Made by a program: the position numbers and the translations under genes. The notes beneath the pieces are model-generated. The model was not told where the DNA came from and ran no database searches. It worked only from the letters and a program-made list of their open reading frames with translations. A stretch of 64,000 bases of DNA from Candidatus Sumerlaeaceae bacterium. Lineage in GTDB: Bacteria > Sumerlaeota > Sumerlaeia > Sumerlaeales > Sumerlaeaceae. This document shows, piece by piece, positions 19,922 through 29,388 of this stretch (the first letter of the stretch is position 1; each line of letters opens with the position of its first letter). The stretch covers positions 38,914-102,913 of the forward strand of contig JBPCLP010000043.1 in the NCBI GenBank assembly GCA_051003195.1, given 5' to 3'.

Positions 19922-21757
19922 CTATTCCACAGTCACGCTCTTAGCCAGGTTTCTTGGTTGATCCACATCTTTGCCGTTCATCACAGCAATGTGGTAGGCA
20001 AGCAACTGGAGCGGGATGACGCTGATGATCGGCTCCAGTATCTCCGGCACCTCCGGCAATTCGATCGAGCAATGCGCCCGGCCTGCCGTTTCTTCGTCAT
20101 CACGTGTACACAAGGCAATCACTTTACCGTTTCGCGCGCGGATCTCCTGGATGTTGCTCACAATTTTCTCGTGCGTGTGATCCCTCGGCGCAATTACCAC
20201 GATGGGCATGGCCTCGTCGATCAGCGCAATCGGGCCGTGTTTCATTTCCGCGGCGGGATAACCCTCCGCATGTATGTAGGAAATTTCCTTCAGTTTTAAA
20301 GCGCCTTCGAGCGCGACGGGGAAATTAAATCCTCTTCCCAGGTAGAGGAAGTTTTTTGCATTCCTGAACTCGGCTGCGATTCGACGCACCTGCGGCTCGC
20401 ACTCCAGCGTTTCCCTGATTAGCCTGGGGGCGTCCTGCATCGCCGCGAGCACTTCGATTCCCCGGGCAAGGCTCAGCCGACGCTGCCGCCCGAGTAGTGT
20501 CGCAATCAATGTTAACACCGCAATCTGTGCAGTGAACGCCTTGGTGCTCGCAACGCCGATCTCGGGGCCGGCCTTTGTGAATACTCCCGCATCAGTTTCC
20601 CGAGCAATCGAACTGCCCGGAACGTTGCAGATACCAATCACCGTCGCGCCTTTGGTCCTGGCCTCCCGCAAAGCAGCCAGGGTGTCGGCCGTCTCTCCGC
20701 TCTGGCTGATGACGATCAGCAGCGTTCGCTCATCAATGAGTGGATTGCGGTAACGTAGTTCACTCGCGTAATCCACCTCGGTCGGAATTTCGGCAAGTTC
20801 CTCGATCAGGTATTCGCCCACCAGGCCGGCGTGCCACGAAGTGCCGCATGCGGTGATCACTACCCGGTCCGTGCGGCGAAGCTGCTTTTCGACATCGCGA
20901 AGGCCGCCCAGGCGCGGAATGCCTTCTTTAAGGTCAATGCGCCCCGCCAGCGTGTTTTCAATCGACGTCGGCTGCTCGTGAATTTCCTTTAGCATGAAAT
21001 GCGGAAAGTCGCCTTTTTCCGCGGCCAGGACTTCAATGGCCAGCTCCTGCACGTCCGGCTCGACTTCGACACGCGACGCGTCCAGGACTTTTACACCATC
21101 CTGGGTAAGTACAGCCAGCTCGCCATCTTTGAGAAATATCACACCGCCCTCGGGGTTGATGAGCGCCTGTGCATCACTGGCCAACAGGCTTGCGCCATCG
21201 GCCGAACGTGCTATGACCAGGGGCGAGCCGCGCCGAGCTGCCACAATTTTGCCTGGCTCACGCGCAGAGATCACGGCAATCCCATAAGCCCCGCTTAATT
21301 CACGCAGCGCCTCGGCGACCGCATCCTCGAGTGGGCCCCCGTCCGCATAAAAGCGCTCGATCAGATGCGCGATGACCTCGGTGTCGGTTTCCGAGGTGAA
21401 TCGGTGTCCCTCACCTTCGAGGACCCGGCGCAGTGCCGTGTAGTTCTCGATGATGCCGTTGTGCACCAGGGCTAAATCGCCGCTGCAATCACGGTGCGGA
21501 TGCGCGTTATCCTCTGTCGCGCCTCCATGGGTTGCCCATCGAGTATGGCCGATGCCACAGCAACCGTTCAATCCCGCCGCCTGTACGGCTTCCGCCAGCA
21601 CGTTTACTTTGCCTGGGCGGCGCAACACATTCAGCCGATGGTCGGTCTCAATCGCAAGCCCGGCAGAGTCGTAGCCACGGTATTCAAGCCGGCGCAGCCC
21701 TGCCAGCAAAGTGTCAGCGCAATCTACCAATCCGGTAAACCCAACAATTCCACACAT
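19922..21757 (-). CDS. glmS: Glutamine--fructose-6-phosphate transaminase (isomerizing)
   Basis: MCGIVG N-terminus (Cys1), LEYRGYDSAG, GHTRWATHG, SQSGETADT, LKLKEISY, C-terminal PRNLAKSVTVE. Confidence 0.98.
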   Translation of the reverse strand: MCGIVGFTGLVDCADTLLAGLRRLEYRGYDSAGLAIETDHRLNVLRRPGKVNVLAEAVQAAGLNGCCGIGHTRWATHGGATEDNAHPHRDCSGDLALVHNGIIENYTALRRVLEGEGHRFTSETDTEVIAHLIERFYADGGPLEDAVAEALRELSGAYGIAVISAREPGKIVAARRGSPLVIARSADGASLLASDAQALINPEGGVIFLKDGELAVLTQDGVKVLDASRVEVEPDVQELAIEVLAAEKGDFPHFMLKEIHEQPTSIENTLAGRIDLKEGIPRLGGLRDVEKQLRRTDRVVITACGTSWHAGLVGEYLIEELAEIPTEVDYASELRYRNPLIDERTLLIVISQSGETADTLAALREARTKGATVIGICNVPGSSIARETDAGVFTKAGPEIGVASTKAFTAQIAVLTLIATLLGRQRRLSLARGIEVLAAMQDAPRLIRETLECEPQVRRIAAEFRNAKNFLYLGRGFNFPVALEGALKLKEISYIHAEGYPAAEMKHGPIALIDEAMPIVVIAPRDHTHEKIVSNIQEIRARNGKVIALCTRDDEETAGRAHCSIELPEVPEILEPIISVIPLQLLAYHIAVMNGKDVDQPRNLAKSVTVE

Positions 21758-21813
21758 GAAGAACACGCACCTCGATCACAGGAATCCCGCGCCATAAGGG
21801 AGCAATTTTCGGG

Positions 21814-21878
21814 CTAGTGTGCCGAATCAATAGTTCCTTACCAGACCAAAAGGCAAACTTACCCTCGATTCGGCACAC
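21814..21878. mobile_element. About 62-bp MITE-like element with 12-bp terminal inverted repeats and an IS630-like end
   Basis: GTGTGCCGAATC 21817-21828 / GATTCGGCACAC 21867-21878, CTAG at the left end. Related sequences at 24891, 47851, 49363 and 49556-49619. Confidence 0.6.
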
Positions 21879-21976
21879 AGAACTGATTACGACTAACGGT
21901 AAACCACCCCAGGTTATTGGCCGTTAACTAAAAGGGGGTGGTGTGGTCTCTCAGCTGGGGCTTTGTGTACTCTCAG

Positions 21977-24814
21977 CTAGGGCTTTTTGATCCACATTGG
22001 ACTGGTCCACGCCATCTCGTCGTCAGTCTGGATCACCCGAATATAGTACCATTGCTCACCACTTAGCGATGCCCACTGCGGATCTGTCCAGTCCAGCCGG
22101 AACTCCTTCACATTGAGTGGCTGCTCAGTGCTGCCTGCAGCGTGCAGTATCTCGGAACGGCCAATCACCTCAACCGATCGGATCGGCGCAGAACCACGAA
22201 CATAGATGCTGATAGGTGGGGCAGAGGCCGAAGACCATTCCTCGCCCATCCAGTGGTTGCCGCTGCGCACGTCTGCCACCAGGCCATAGGTAGTACTGCC
22301 GTAGCAGCGACGATCCCAAATGGATTGCCAGACCGACTCACGCGTGTTTGTAGTCGCGTACGTACAGGCGTATGCGCAGCCGTAGCCATGATCGCTGCTG
22401 CAGATGATTCCCATTTTGTAACCCTTCTCGAGGCCTTTCCAGTAAAATCCGGACTTGTTCTTCGCGTTGCCGTGCTGCCGCGGGCAGCCGTCATACTCAT
22501 AACTTCCCCGGCACGACTGGAAGATCTCACACACGCGCTGGTAGCGGTCGTCGTGCGCGTTCCAGTTGGTTCCCATTCCGGGATCGGCAGTGGTATGCGG
22601 CGCGGTAATCGCCTTGTATCCGCCAGCGGCAAGCAGGTCCCATCCGCCGCGCATGGTACTCGCCGCTCCAATCTTGCCGTTGATCTTCAGGTTATTCCGT
22701 GTGGCAAAAATCGCGTTATGATGCCCGTGCGGGAATACCATGGACCATTCATAATTATAAAGAACGCTAAGCGCTCCCGGAATGTTGTACAGATCCGCGG
22801 TCTTCTGCTGTTTCCACCAGTAAAAATCGGTGGTGTGCTCGGCATGGTCCGACAGTGCCAGGAAGTCGTACAAATTGATATCAATGCCGTAGCGGTATAA
22901 ATCGTCCGGAGATGGTTCTGTCCCTACGCTGCATCGCGAGACATTGGAGTGGCGATGCGTGTCACCCCAGTAGAGCTGGTAAATCGCGTCATTCAGTGAG
23001 ACCTGGTGCCGCCCGGTTTCGCGCGTCAGCCGCGTATCTACCGCGCGATCTGCGGGTTTTTCCTCAGCAGGCATGCTCGTAGCCGGCGCGATATCGGAGG
23101 CAGCCTGGGTTTTTCCGAGTGTGGCGAGGTACAAATCGCCGTCCCATCCAAGAAAATTGTCGAAATCGTGATGGTGATCATACGCCTCTTCGATTGCCGA
23201 TGGGCTTCCGGCGCTTGTAGGTGTTGTCACTCCTTCGTGTCTGGTGTGATAACTGATGTTGCTGGTCATGGAGCGGCGGTGCTCTGACGTATACGCGACA
23301 CGCACACCGTCAGCTCCGGCAAATACGCCCGGCTCTTCCAGGTATCCGTCACTCTCCGTGAAGCTCACAGGCGGCTGCCACTTTCCCCCACGGAAAGCGC
23401 GCCCATGCAGCTCCCAATAGTACCCCGCATTGGATCCCGGCTCGCCCCAGGCGGGACTGGTTTGTACCAGCATCCGATAGATGATCCACGGCACACCATC
23501 TGCACCCACGCAGATTTTTGCGAGCGCGCGATGAGCAAACTTGTAACCCGTTGGCGCGGTGATTTCCTCGCGTGGGTTTCCCGGTATGCGCACGTTATCG
23601 CCGTCGAGCATGCGAACTTCGATGCCGCTCCACTTTGCACGGTCACCATGTTCCGGCTCGGGTCCAGTCGTGATGCTATCTTTAAGATTTGCTCCGGTAA
23701 TTGTGGTGCGGCCGCTGTAGCCATGCGCGCCGATTTGCACGCTGTCCCAGCTCAGCCACACCTTGCCGTCGGGCGCAGCGGACAGCCACGGGTGCATATC
23801 ATAATTCCCGCGCGCCGAAATGCGGCGCGGTGTTCCGCCATTCCCGGTCGCGTCAAGATGCGCGACATACACATCGTAGTCGCCATGATCAAACGCACTC
23901 CATGTGACATGTAGATTACCGGCCTTATCGTATGCGGCAGCCGCATCCCATTGATCCATTCCGGTGCTGCCAAGGTTTGTTGGCTCCGAAAGCGTGCCAT
24001 TAGCCAGGCGTCGTACTTCGATCGCGTAATTGGTGTCGCGGTGCACCTGGTACACAATCGCCAGCTCCCCGTCTTTACCTGTCGCGATTTCGGGGTTCTG
24101 GTGCGCCGCTGTTTCCTGCGGGAGCAGGCGCTGTCCTTCGCCCCAGGTGCCGTTGCTGAATTTGGCAAACCAGATGGACGCCAGCTGCATTTCATTTGTG
24201 CTCGTCCAGACGCAGTAGACATCCTGCCCAGCGGCCGCGATTACCGGGCGAATGAATTGTCCGCGCTTGCCGGAAATCACTTTCCAGTTCACCAGGCGCT
24301 GGCGAGCCGCTCCGCCCCGTACCAGCATTGCCATCACTTCATCCTGCTTGTCCGGTGAGTATCGCACCCATGCGATATAAGTGTCACCAGACGGCGTCTC
24401 GGTGACTGAGGGTTGAGAGTCGTAGTCACTGCCCGTCGTTAGCTTCATTGCATTAACCGGCGGAAGCAGCGCCGGCGGTTCGCTACTTACCTTCGGATTT
24501 GCCCGTTTGCCCTTGCGAGGCTGCAGCGCCTGCTGTTGCACGTCGGCTTCGCCAGTCTGTTCCGCGGGGGAAAGTGTATCCGTGGCCGTGCTGGTGTTGG
24601 ACGAAGTGGACGGACTCGCGACCAAAACCTCGGGCGACGCCAAACCATTTTGTGCCGGCAGCCTCTTCTTAGCCTTTCCCTTTTTGCCCGCCCCTTTGCC
24701 TTTTCTTGGACCGCCATTGGTTGTCGTGGGAGTGGGTTGCTGCGCGAGAACTGCTTCGATGCCACCGATACAAAAACAACCGACGACCAGCCAAACCAGC
24801 AATCGAACGCGCAT
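21977..24814 (-). CDS. Secreted PHP-like metallohydrolase (DUF3604/CehA-McbA-like) with N-terminal beta-propeller-like repeats
   Basis: AAGGAG RBS, signal peptide MRVRLLVWLVVG..., LYWGDTHRHS, DFLALSDH, YEWS...GHHN, ICSSDH, WYYIRVIQTDDEMAWTSPMW. Confidence 0.75.
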   Translation of the reverse strand: MRVRLLVWLVVGCFCIGGIEAVLAQQPTPTTTNGGPRKGKGAGKKGKAKKRLPAQNGLASPEVLVASPSTSSNTSTATDTLSPAEQTGEADVQQQALQPRKGKRANPKVSSEPPALLPPVNAMKLTTGSDYDSQPSVTETPSGDTYIAWVRYSPDKQDEVMAMLVRGGAARQRLVNWKVISGKRGQFIRPVIAAAGQDVYCVWTSTNEMQLASIWFAKFSNGTWGEGQRLLPQETAAHQNPEIATGKDGELAIVYQVHRDTNYAIEVRRLANGTLSEPTNLGSTGMDQWDAAAAYDKAGNLHVTWSAFDHGDYDVYVAHLDATGNGGTPRRISARGNYDMHPWLSAAPDGKVWLSWDSVQIGAHGYSGRTTITGANLKDSITTGPEPEHGDRAKWSGIEVRMLDGDNVRIPGNPREEITAPTGYKFAHRALAKICVGADGVPWIIYRMLVQTSPAWGEPGSNAGYYWELHGRAFRGGKWQPPVSFTESDGYLEEPGVFAGADGVRVAYTSEHRRSMTSNISYHTRHEGVTTPTSAGSPSAIEEAYDHHHDFDNFLGWDGDLYLATLGKTQAASDIAPATSMPAEEKPADRAVDTRLTRETGRHQVSLNDAIYQLYWGDTHRHSNVSRCSVGTEPSPDDLYRYGIDINLYDFLALSDHAEHTTDFYWWKQQKTADLYNIPGALSVLYNYEWSMVFPHGHHNAIFATRNNLKINGKIGAASTMRGGWDLLAAGGYKAITAPHTTADPGMGTNWNAHDDRYQRVCEIFQSCRGSYEYDGCPRQHGNAKNKSGFYWKGLEKGYKMGIICSSDHGYGCAYACTYATTNTRESVWQSIWDRRCYGSTTYGLVADVRSGNHWMGEEWSSASAPPISIYVRGSAPIRSVEVIGRSEILHAAGSTEQPLNVKEFRLDWTDPQWASLSGEQWYYIRVIQTDDEMAWTSPMWIKKP

Positions 24815-24902
24815 GACAGCTCCTTGAATGAAAACGTATGAAGACATCCTAAAGCGAGAGTTTGCCAAACGCGGCTGTGAACACAATTCTTAGTGTGCCG
24901 AA

Positions 24903-25973
24903 TCAGGGCTGAGCAGGATCTTGTTTTGTCCGACTCTCAAGAAACCGCATGTTCTCGATAAGCACGAACATCCCAATCCCTATAATCGCGACAAGAGCAA
25001 GCGTCGCCTTGGCTTCAAGCCTTTGAAGCACGTAGGCCGTCACCCCAAAATACGCAGTAATGTAGTAAAACGTGAAGAGTGTTCGGCGCTCGGAAAAACC
25101 CAGCGCGAGAAAGCGATGGTGCAAATGCCGGCGGTCGGCGCGGAACGGGTGCTGGCCCTTTGAAGCGCGACGCACGAAGGCGAATACGGTTTCGAAAAGT
25201 GGCAGCGCGACGGCCAGCATGGGAATGATTAATGCCAGTACCGCGGGCGCTTTGCTGCTCGATAGCAGGGTAATGGATGCGAGCATGAATCCAAGGAGTA
25301 AACTTCCGGCATCACCCATGAAGATCGTGGCCGGAATAAAATTAAAGGGAAGAAACCCAAGGCAACTGGCTGCCAGTATCAGTGCGAGAATGACAGCCAG
25401 CGGCTGGCCAAGATCGAACGCGACGGCCGCAAGTGTAAGCGAGCTGATGGCGACAATGCCCGCGGCGAGGCCGTCCATTCCGTCGATCATGTTGATACCG
25501 TTCATCAGCAGCGCGTACCATAACGCAGTCATGGCATAGCTGACCTGTGGCAGTACATGGAGTTCTTCGCCGAACGGATTGCTGAATCTTTCAATTCGGA
25601 AGCCGAAATAATGCATCACCAGACCCACGCCAAGCTGAGCGAGCAGCTTCGTAACGGGTCCGAGGTCGAGCAGGTCGTCCGCTACTCCCACGGCAACGAT
25701 CAACGTGGCGCCAACAATCATGCCTTGCAGCAGACGCAGTTCAAACACGAACGCCGGCACCAGCAGCGCCGCGACCACAATGCCAGCCACGCACGCCAGC
25801 CACATCGCGACGCCGCCTTCGTACGCGACCGGCGCGCGATGAGTTTTTCTACTCTCGTCGGGAGTGTCCAGAATTCCGGAACGCCGCATCGCGCCGCGAA
25901 TCAGCCATGTTGCCACCAATGCGGTAGCGAAGCTGGCGAGTAGCACAAGCTGTGTATGGCCAAGGCTGAGCAT
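24903..25973 (-). CDS. wecA: Undecaprenyl-phosphate GlcNAc-1-phosphate transferase (WecA/TagO, MraY family)
   Basis: Polytopic; RKTH...GGVA, GVADD, NGINMIDGMDGLA, FLPFNF.PA.IFMGDAGS, DRRHLHHR. Confidence 0.88.
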   Translation of the reverse strand: MLSLGHTQLVLLASFATALVATWLIRGAMRRSGILDTPDESRKTHRAPVAYEGGVAMWLACVAGIVVAALLVPAFVFELRLLQGMIVGATLIVAVGVADDLLDLGPVTKLLAQLGVGLVMHYFGFRIERFSNPFGEELHVLPQVSYAMTALWYALLMNGINMIDGMDGLAAGIVAISSLTLAAVAFDLGQPLAVILALILAASCLGFLPFNFIPATIFMGDAGSLLLGFMLASITLLSSSKAPAVLALIIPMLAVALPLFETVFAFVRRASKGQHPFRADRRHLHHRFLALGFSERRTLFTFYYITAYFGVTAYVLQRLEAKATLALVAIIGIGMFVLIENMRFLESRTKQDPAQP

Positions 25974-26176
25974 TACAGCAGATGTTCTGCGAGGCGGCTG
26001 CCGTGGAAATCAACGGGCGAATTGGTCTGGTGCTAAATGCGCAAATTTTCATCCGTGTACGATTTTTCCACAGGCATGTCTTTTTGCAGTTGCTTTCTTT
26101 CCACGCGCTCATGATAGTCCCTCGCAAAGGATTTTTCGTATCCTGCCGGACTGCTGAAGTCGGAAGAGGCTGCGCG

Positions 26177-27232
26177 ATGGTAGTGGCTGGGATTTCCAGA
26201 AGGGGAAGTCGGTTAGCTCGCACCGCATATCGCTGGGGCGTGCTGGGACTGCTGTGTGCCAGCACGTGCACGGGTTTTGCCCAGGCCGACGAAGCCGGTG
26301 GAGCCCTCCCCGTTGTCTCGGCAAGGTACGACAACGCAGTCACCAACAACACTGCGCTTCAGCATCTGAAGATCAAGCTCCCGTTCCAGGCTGGCAAAAC
26401 TTTTGAAGTCTTCCAGGGCAACAGCGGTGCTTTTACGCACACGAAATTCAACCAGTACGCGTGGGATTTTGGTTTGCCTGAGGGAACCCCGGTGTCCGCA
26501 GCGGCCGAGGGACGGGTCGTGCGCGTCAAGCAGGACAGTAGTTCCGGCGGTACCAGTCCCGAACAATACGCGCTGGCCAATACAGTCGTGATTGATCATG
26601 GAAATGGTCTGTTTACCCAGTATCTCCATCTCAAACGTGCCTCAGTTCTCGTGAATGAAGGGCAGCTTGTACAAGCCGGACAAGTGATTGCACTGAGCGG
26701 AAATACCGGCTTTTCCTCTGTGCCGCATCTGCATTTCCAGGTTCAGGATGCAAGCGGGCAAAGCGTGCCCGCGCGATTTGAAGATGTAGGTGGCGACGGG
26801 GTGCCTCGCCATGGGCAGGAGTATACTTCTGCCAACGACGGCACCGGAACTACGAGATACGTCACGGAATCGCGCCTGCCGCCAAATGCATTTGAGCGGA
26901 ATTCCATTGAGCTGACGCAATGCGACCTGCCTGCGCACCTGCTCCGCTGCGACGCGACTTACCGGATCAGCGGCAGAATTTTTACACAATCCAGCAAGGT
27001 CGCAGTCTTTTTAATGGGAGCTCGCGGCGGCAAAGCCGTCCTGAGCGTATTCGCGCCCGTGAACAAGGATGGAACGTTCAGTGCCGAACTGAGGCTGAAC
27101 GAGTTGAAGCAATCGATGCAGAGCTGGAGTAGTCTGCCTACGCAATCCAACACCTTCTCTTTTGCGATCGCGCCCGTAAAAGCCGATGGCTCCTTCTGGA
27201 CGAACTTCTCCATTCCGGTTTGCCTGCGATAG
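26177..27232 (+). CDS. M23 family metallopeptidase
   Basis: H..FNQYAWDFGLPEGTPVSAAAEG, IDHGNG, YLHL, SGNTGFS..PHLHF. Start uncertain. Confidence 0.88.
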   Translation: MVVAGISRRGSRLARTAYRWGVLGLLCASTCTGFAQADEAGGALPVVSARYDNAVTNNTALQHLKIKLPFQAGKTFEVFQGNSGAFTHTKFNQYAWDFGLPEGTPVSAAAEGRVVRVKQDSSSGGTSPEQYALANTVVIDHGNGLFTQYLHLKRASVLVNEGQLVQAGQVIALSGNTGFSSVPHLHFQVQDASGQSVPARFEDVGGDGVPRHGQEYTSANDGTGTTRYVTESRLPPNAFERNSIELTQCDLPAHLLRCDATYRISGRIFTQSSKVAVFLMGARGGKAVLSVFAPVNKDGTFSAELRLNELKQSMQSWSSLPTQSNTFSFAIAPVKADGSFWTNFSIPVCLR

Positions 27233-27382
27233 CAGGTTTTGCACGCGCAGGATTCGTGTTACCTTCAGCAGGAACCGAATAAAAAATCCCTCCGCTGACA
27301 GCACATGAACTGTAGTGTTGAAATGCGGTTTCCGCATTCACCAGTGTCATCTGTGGATTAATCACAGTCGAAAGAGACCTAA

Positions 27383-29263
27383 TTGGCCGCGCGCCGTTCT
27401 ATTACAGAAAGCCCCAACGAACTTACCACCGACATCGACATTGCCTCCCCCTTGCAAATTGTAAGGCTGTTGCGTGCGGCTGACGCACAGATTTTCGCCG
27501 GATATGGCGGATATCCCGGTTTGTACGATAACGAAATCATCACCAAGCTGGCGCGACTGGCAGCGGTTTGTGCACGCATTCTTCACACCCGGCGTGGCTG
27601 CATTGTGCTAAGCGGCGCCGGCACAAGCGGTCGGCTGGCAATGTTTATTGCCCGCACCTTTGATGAGAAACTCGGTGCCGACCTGGCAACCGGCCCATTC
27701 CGCTACACCATAGCCGGCGGCGACGCTGCTCTTATCCATGCGCAGGAAGGCGCGGAAGACGACCCGCAGCAGGGAATTCGCGATCTTGAAGCGGCCGTTG
27801 CCGGCGCCAATGACGTTCTCTACATCGGTATTACCTGCGGGCTGAGCGCGCCCTATATTGCCGGCCAGCTTGAGCACATCCTTTCCGGCAAGGTAAAAGG
27901 CCACGCGGTTCTCCTTGGGTTTAATCCCGTGGAACTTGCCCGCGACACTCCCATTGAGGGCTGGCCAACCACTTTTGCGGAAACCGCGCGGCGTGTCGAG
28001 CAGGTGGAAAAGGCGGGCGGCGCTGCAACGGTCCTGAATCCAATTGTTGGCCCTGAGCCGATCACCGGCTCCACGCGCATGAAAAGCGGAAGTGCGACAA
28101 AGATCGCGCTCGAGACAATATTTGAAGCGGCTAGTGCGGTGGACGACGAAGGCGCGGATGAGCACAGTGATGATTTAACAGGCGCGCTCGCACACGTCAT
28201 TCGCATTCTTCTCTCCGAATATGAAACCGCTACGCGCGATGCATATCTGCCGGCAGAGCGAATTGCCGAGCTGATTGAAGCTGGCGGCGAAACACTTCAA
28301 AAAAAGGGTCACATTTATTATCTTGGTGCTACGGGCCCCGAACAGCTCACCAGTGCCGGCTGCGGACCCGATTGCGATCATGAGGAAGAAGATTTGCTCG
28401 GTCACCCACACGAGCACCAGGAAGGCCAGCCAACAGTCCTCAGAAGCGAAGCCGGTATCCTGGGTCTGGTCGATGCCTCGGAATGTCCGCCGACGTATGG
28501 CGCAAGCTTCGAGGACGTGCGGGGGTTTTTGCACGGCGGCTGGCATGCGCTGCTACCCGGAACGGATGTCGATCTTTCCGCACAGGGCGCTTACAATCAT
28601 ATCAGTCTGGACGACTTCCGAAAGGAAAAGCTGCCGCTGCTGGAGCCACATGATCTCGTAGTTGCCCTGGGAACATTTAACGAACGGAATGATCTTCTGG
28701 CTGCAGCCCATGCGAAAGGTGCAAAAACAGCCGCTGTTACGCTGTCCCAGGTGGGGGAGGAGCCGCCCGGTTGCGACATTCACATCGAGCTGAAGCCGAA
28801 CCTGACGTCCATCAATGCGGAAGAGGATGAGAATGCGAACACCGCGACGGAGCTGCTAAGCGGACCTATTCAACTGGCTTACAAACTTGTGCTGAACGCG
28901 CTGACGACCGGCGCGCATTTGCTCGCTGGAAAAGTATACGGCAATCGAATGGTGGATTTGCGCATCTCAAACAATAAGCTCTTCCATCGCACCGTTGGAA
29001 TTATTGGCGACCTGATGCAGGTGGATGAGAATGTCGCCGCGCAGGCGCTTCTCAAATCCACCTACCAGACGGATGAACTTTCGCCGGAGCAGCTAAACGC
29101 ACCCATACGCGATCACATTGAGGCAGCCAAGGCCGTGGATAAGGTTGTGCCAAAGGCCCTGCTGCTCGCCACAGGCAAATTTTCGTGCGCAGGAGCATCC
29201 AAAGCACTGACCGCCAATCCAATCGTCCGGACCGCAATAGGCGAGTTTGTCACTAATCGTTGA
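27383..29263 (+). CDS. Glucokinase regulatory protein (GKRP)-like double-SIS protein, MurQ superfamily
   Basis: ITESPNELTTDID, LSGAGTSGR, IAGGD, EGAED, GLSAPYIAGQ, LLGFNPV..AR..PIEGW, LNPIVGPEPITGSTRMKSGSATKI, DVRGF, LNALTTGAH...GK...N.M.DLRISN.KLF. At 626 aa it is twice the length of MurQ and collinear with vertebrate GKRP as I recall it. Confidence 0.85.
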   Translation: MAARRSITESPNELTTDIDIASPLQIVRLLRAADAQIFAGYGGYPGLYDNEIITKLARLAAVCARILHTRRGCIVLSGAGTSGRLAMFIARTFDEKLGADLATGPFRYTIAGGDAALIHAQEGAEDDPQQGIRDLEAAVAGANDVLYIGITCGLSAPYIAGQLEHILSGKVKGHAVLLGFNPVELARDTPIEGWPTTFAETARRVEQVEKAGGAATVLNPIVGPEPITGSTRMKSGSATKIALETIFEAASAVDDEGADEHSDDLTGALAHVIRILLSEYETATRDAYLPAERIAELIEAGGETLQKKGHIYYLGATGPEQLTSAGCGPDCDHEEEDLLGHPHEHQEGQPTVLRSEAGILGLVDASECPPTYGASFEDVRGFLHGGWHALLPGTDVDLSAQGAYNHISLDDFRKEKLPLLEPHDLVVALGTFNERNDLLAAAHAKGAKTAAVTLSQVGEEPPGCDIHIELKPNLTSINAEEDENANTATELLSGPIQLAYKLVLNALTTGAHLLAGKVYGNRMVDLRISNNKLFHRTVGIIGDLMQVDENVAAQALLKSTYQTDELSPEQLNAPIRDHIEAAKAVDKVVPKALLLATGKFSCAGASKALTANPIVRTAIGEFVTNR

Positions 29264-29388
29264 CGGCATCGCTATTTCACCGCTTTAATATGCGGGTTTT
29301 TGTTTTTCATGGCTGAGGAAATGACTTTTCCCCGCGCGTGTAGGCGAGACAAGTAAATAGACTACAAAACAGGTAGGAATTAGCCGCA

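Noticed and set aside
21758..21976. glmS ribozyme upstream of glmS
   Set aside because: I could not find the AGCGCC...GACGAGG core on the coding (minus) strand; the region holds the 62-bp element and short duplications instead.
15523..24814. WxLY tail on other secreted proteins (beta-helix protein, metallohydrolase)
   Set aside because: They end ...VAVSGPLP and ...SPMWIKKP, which belong to their terminal domains and do not match the motif.
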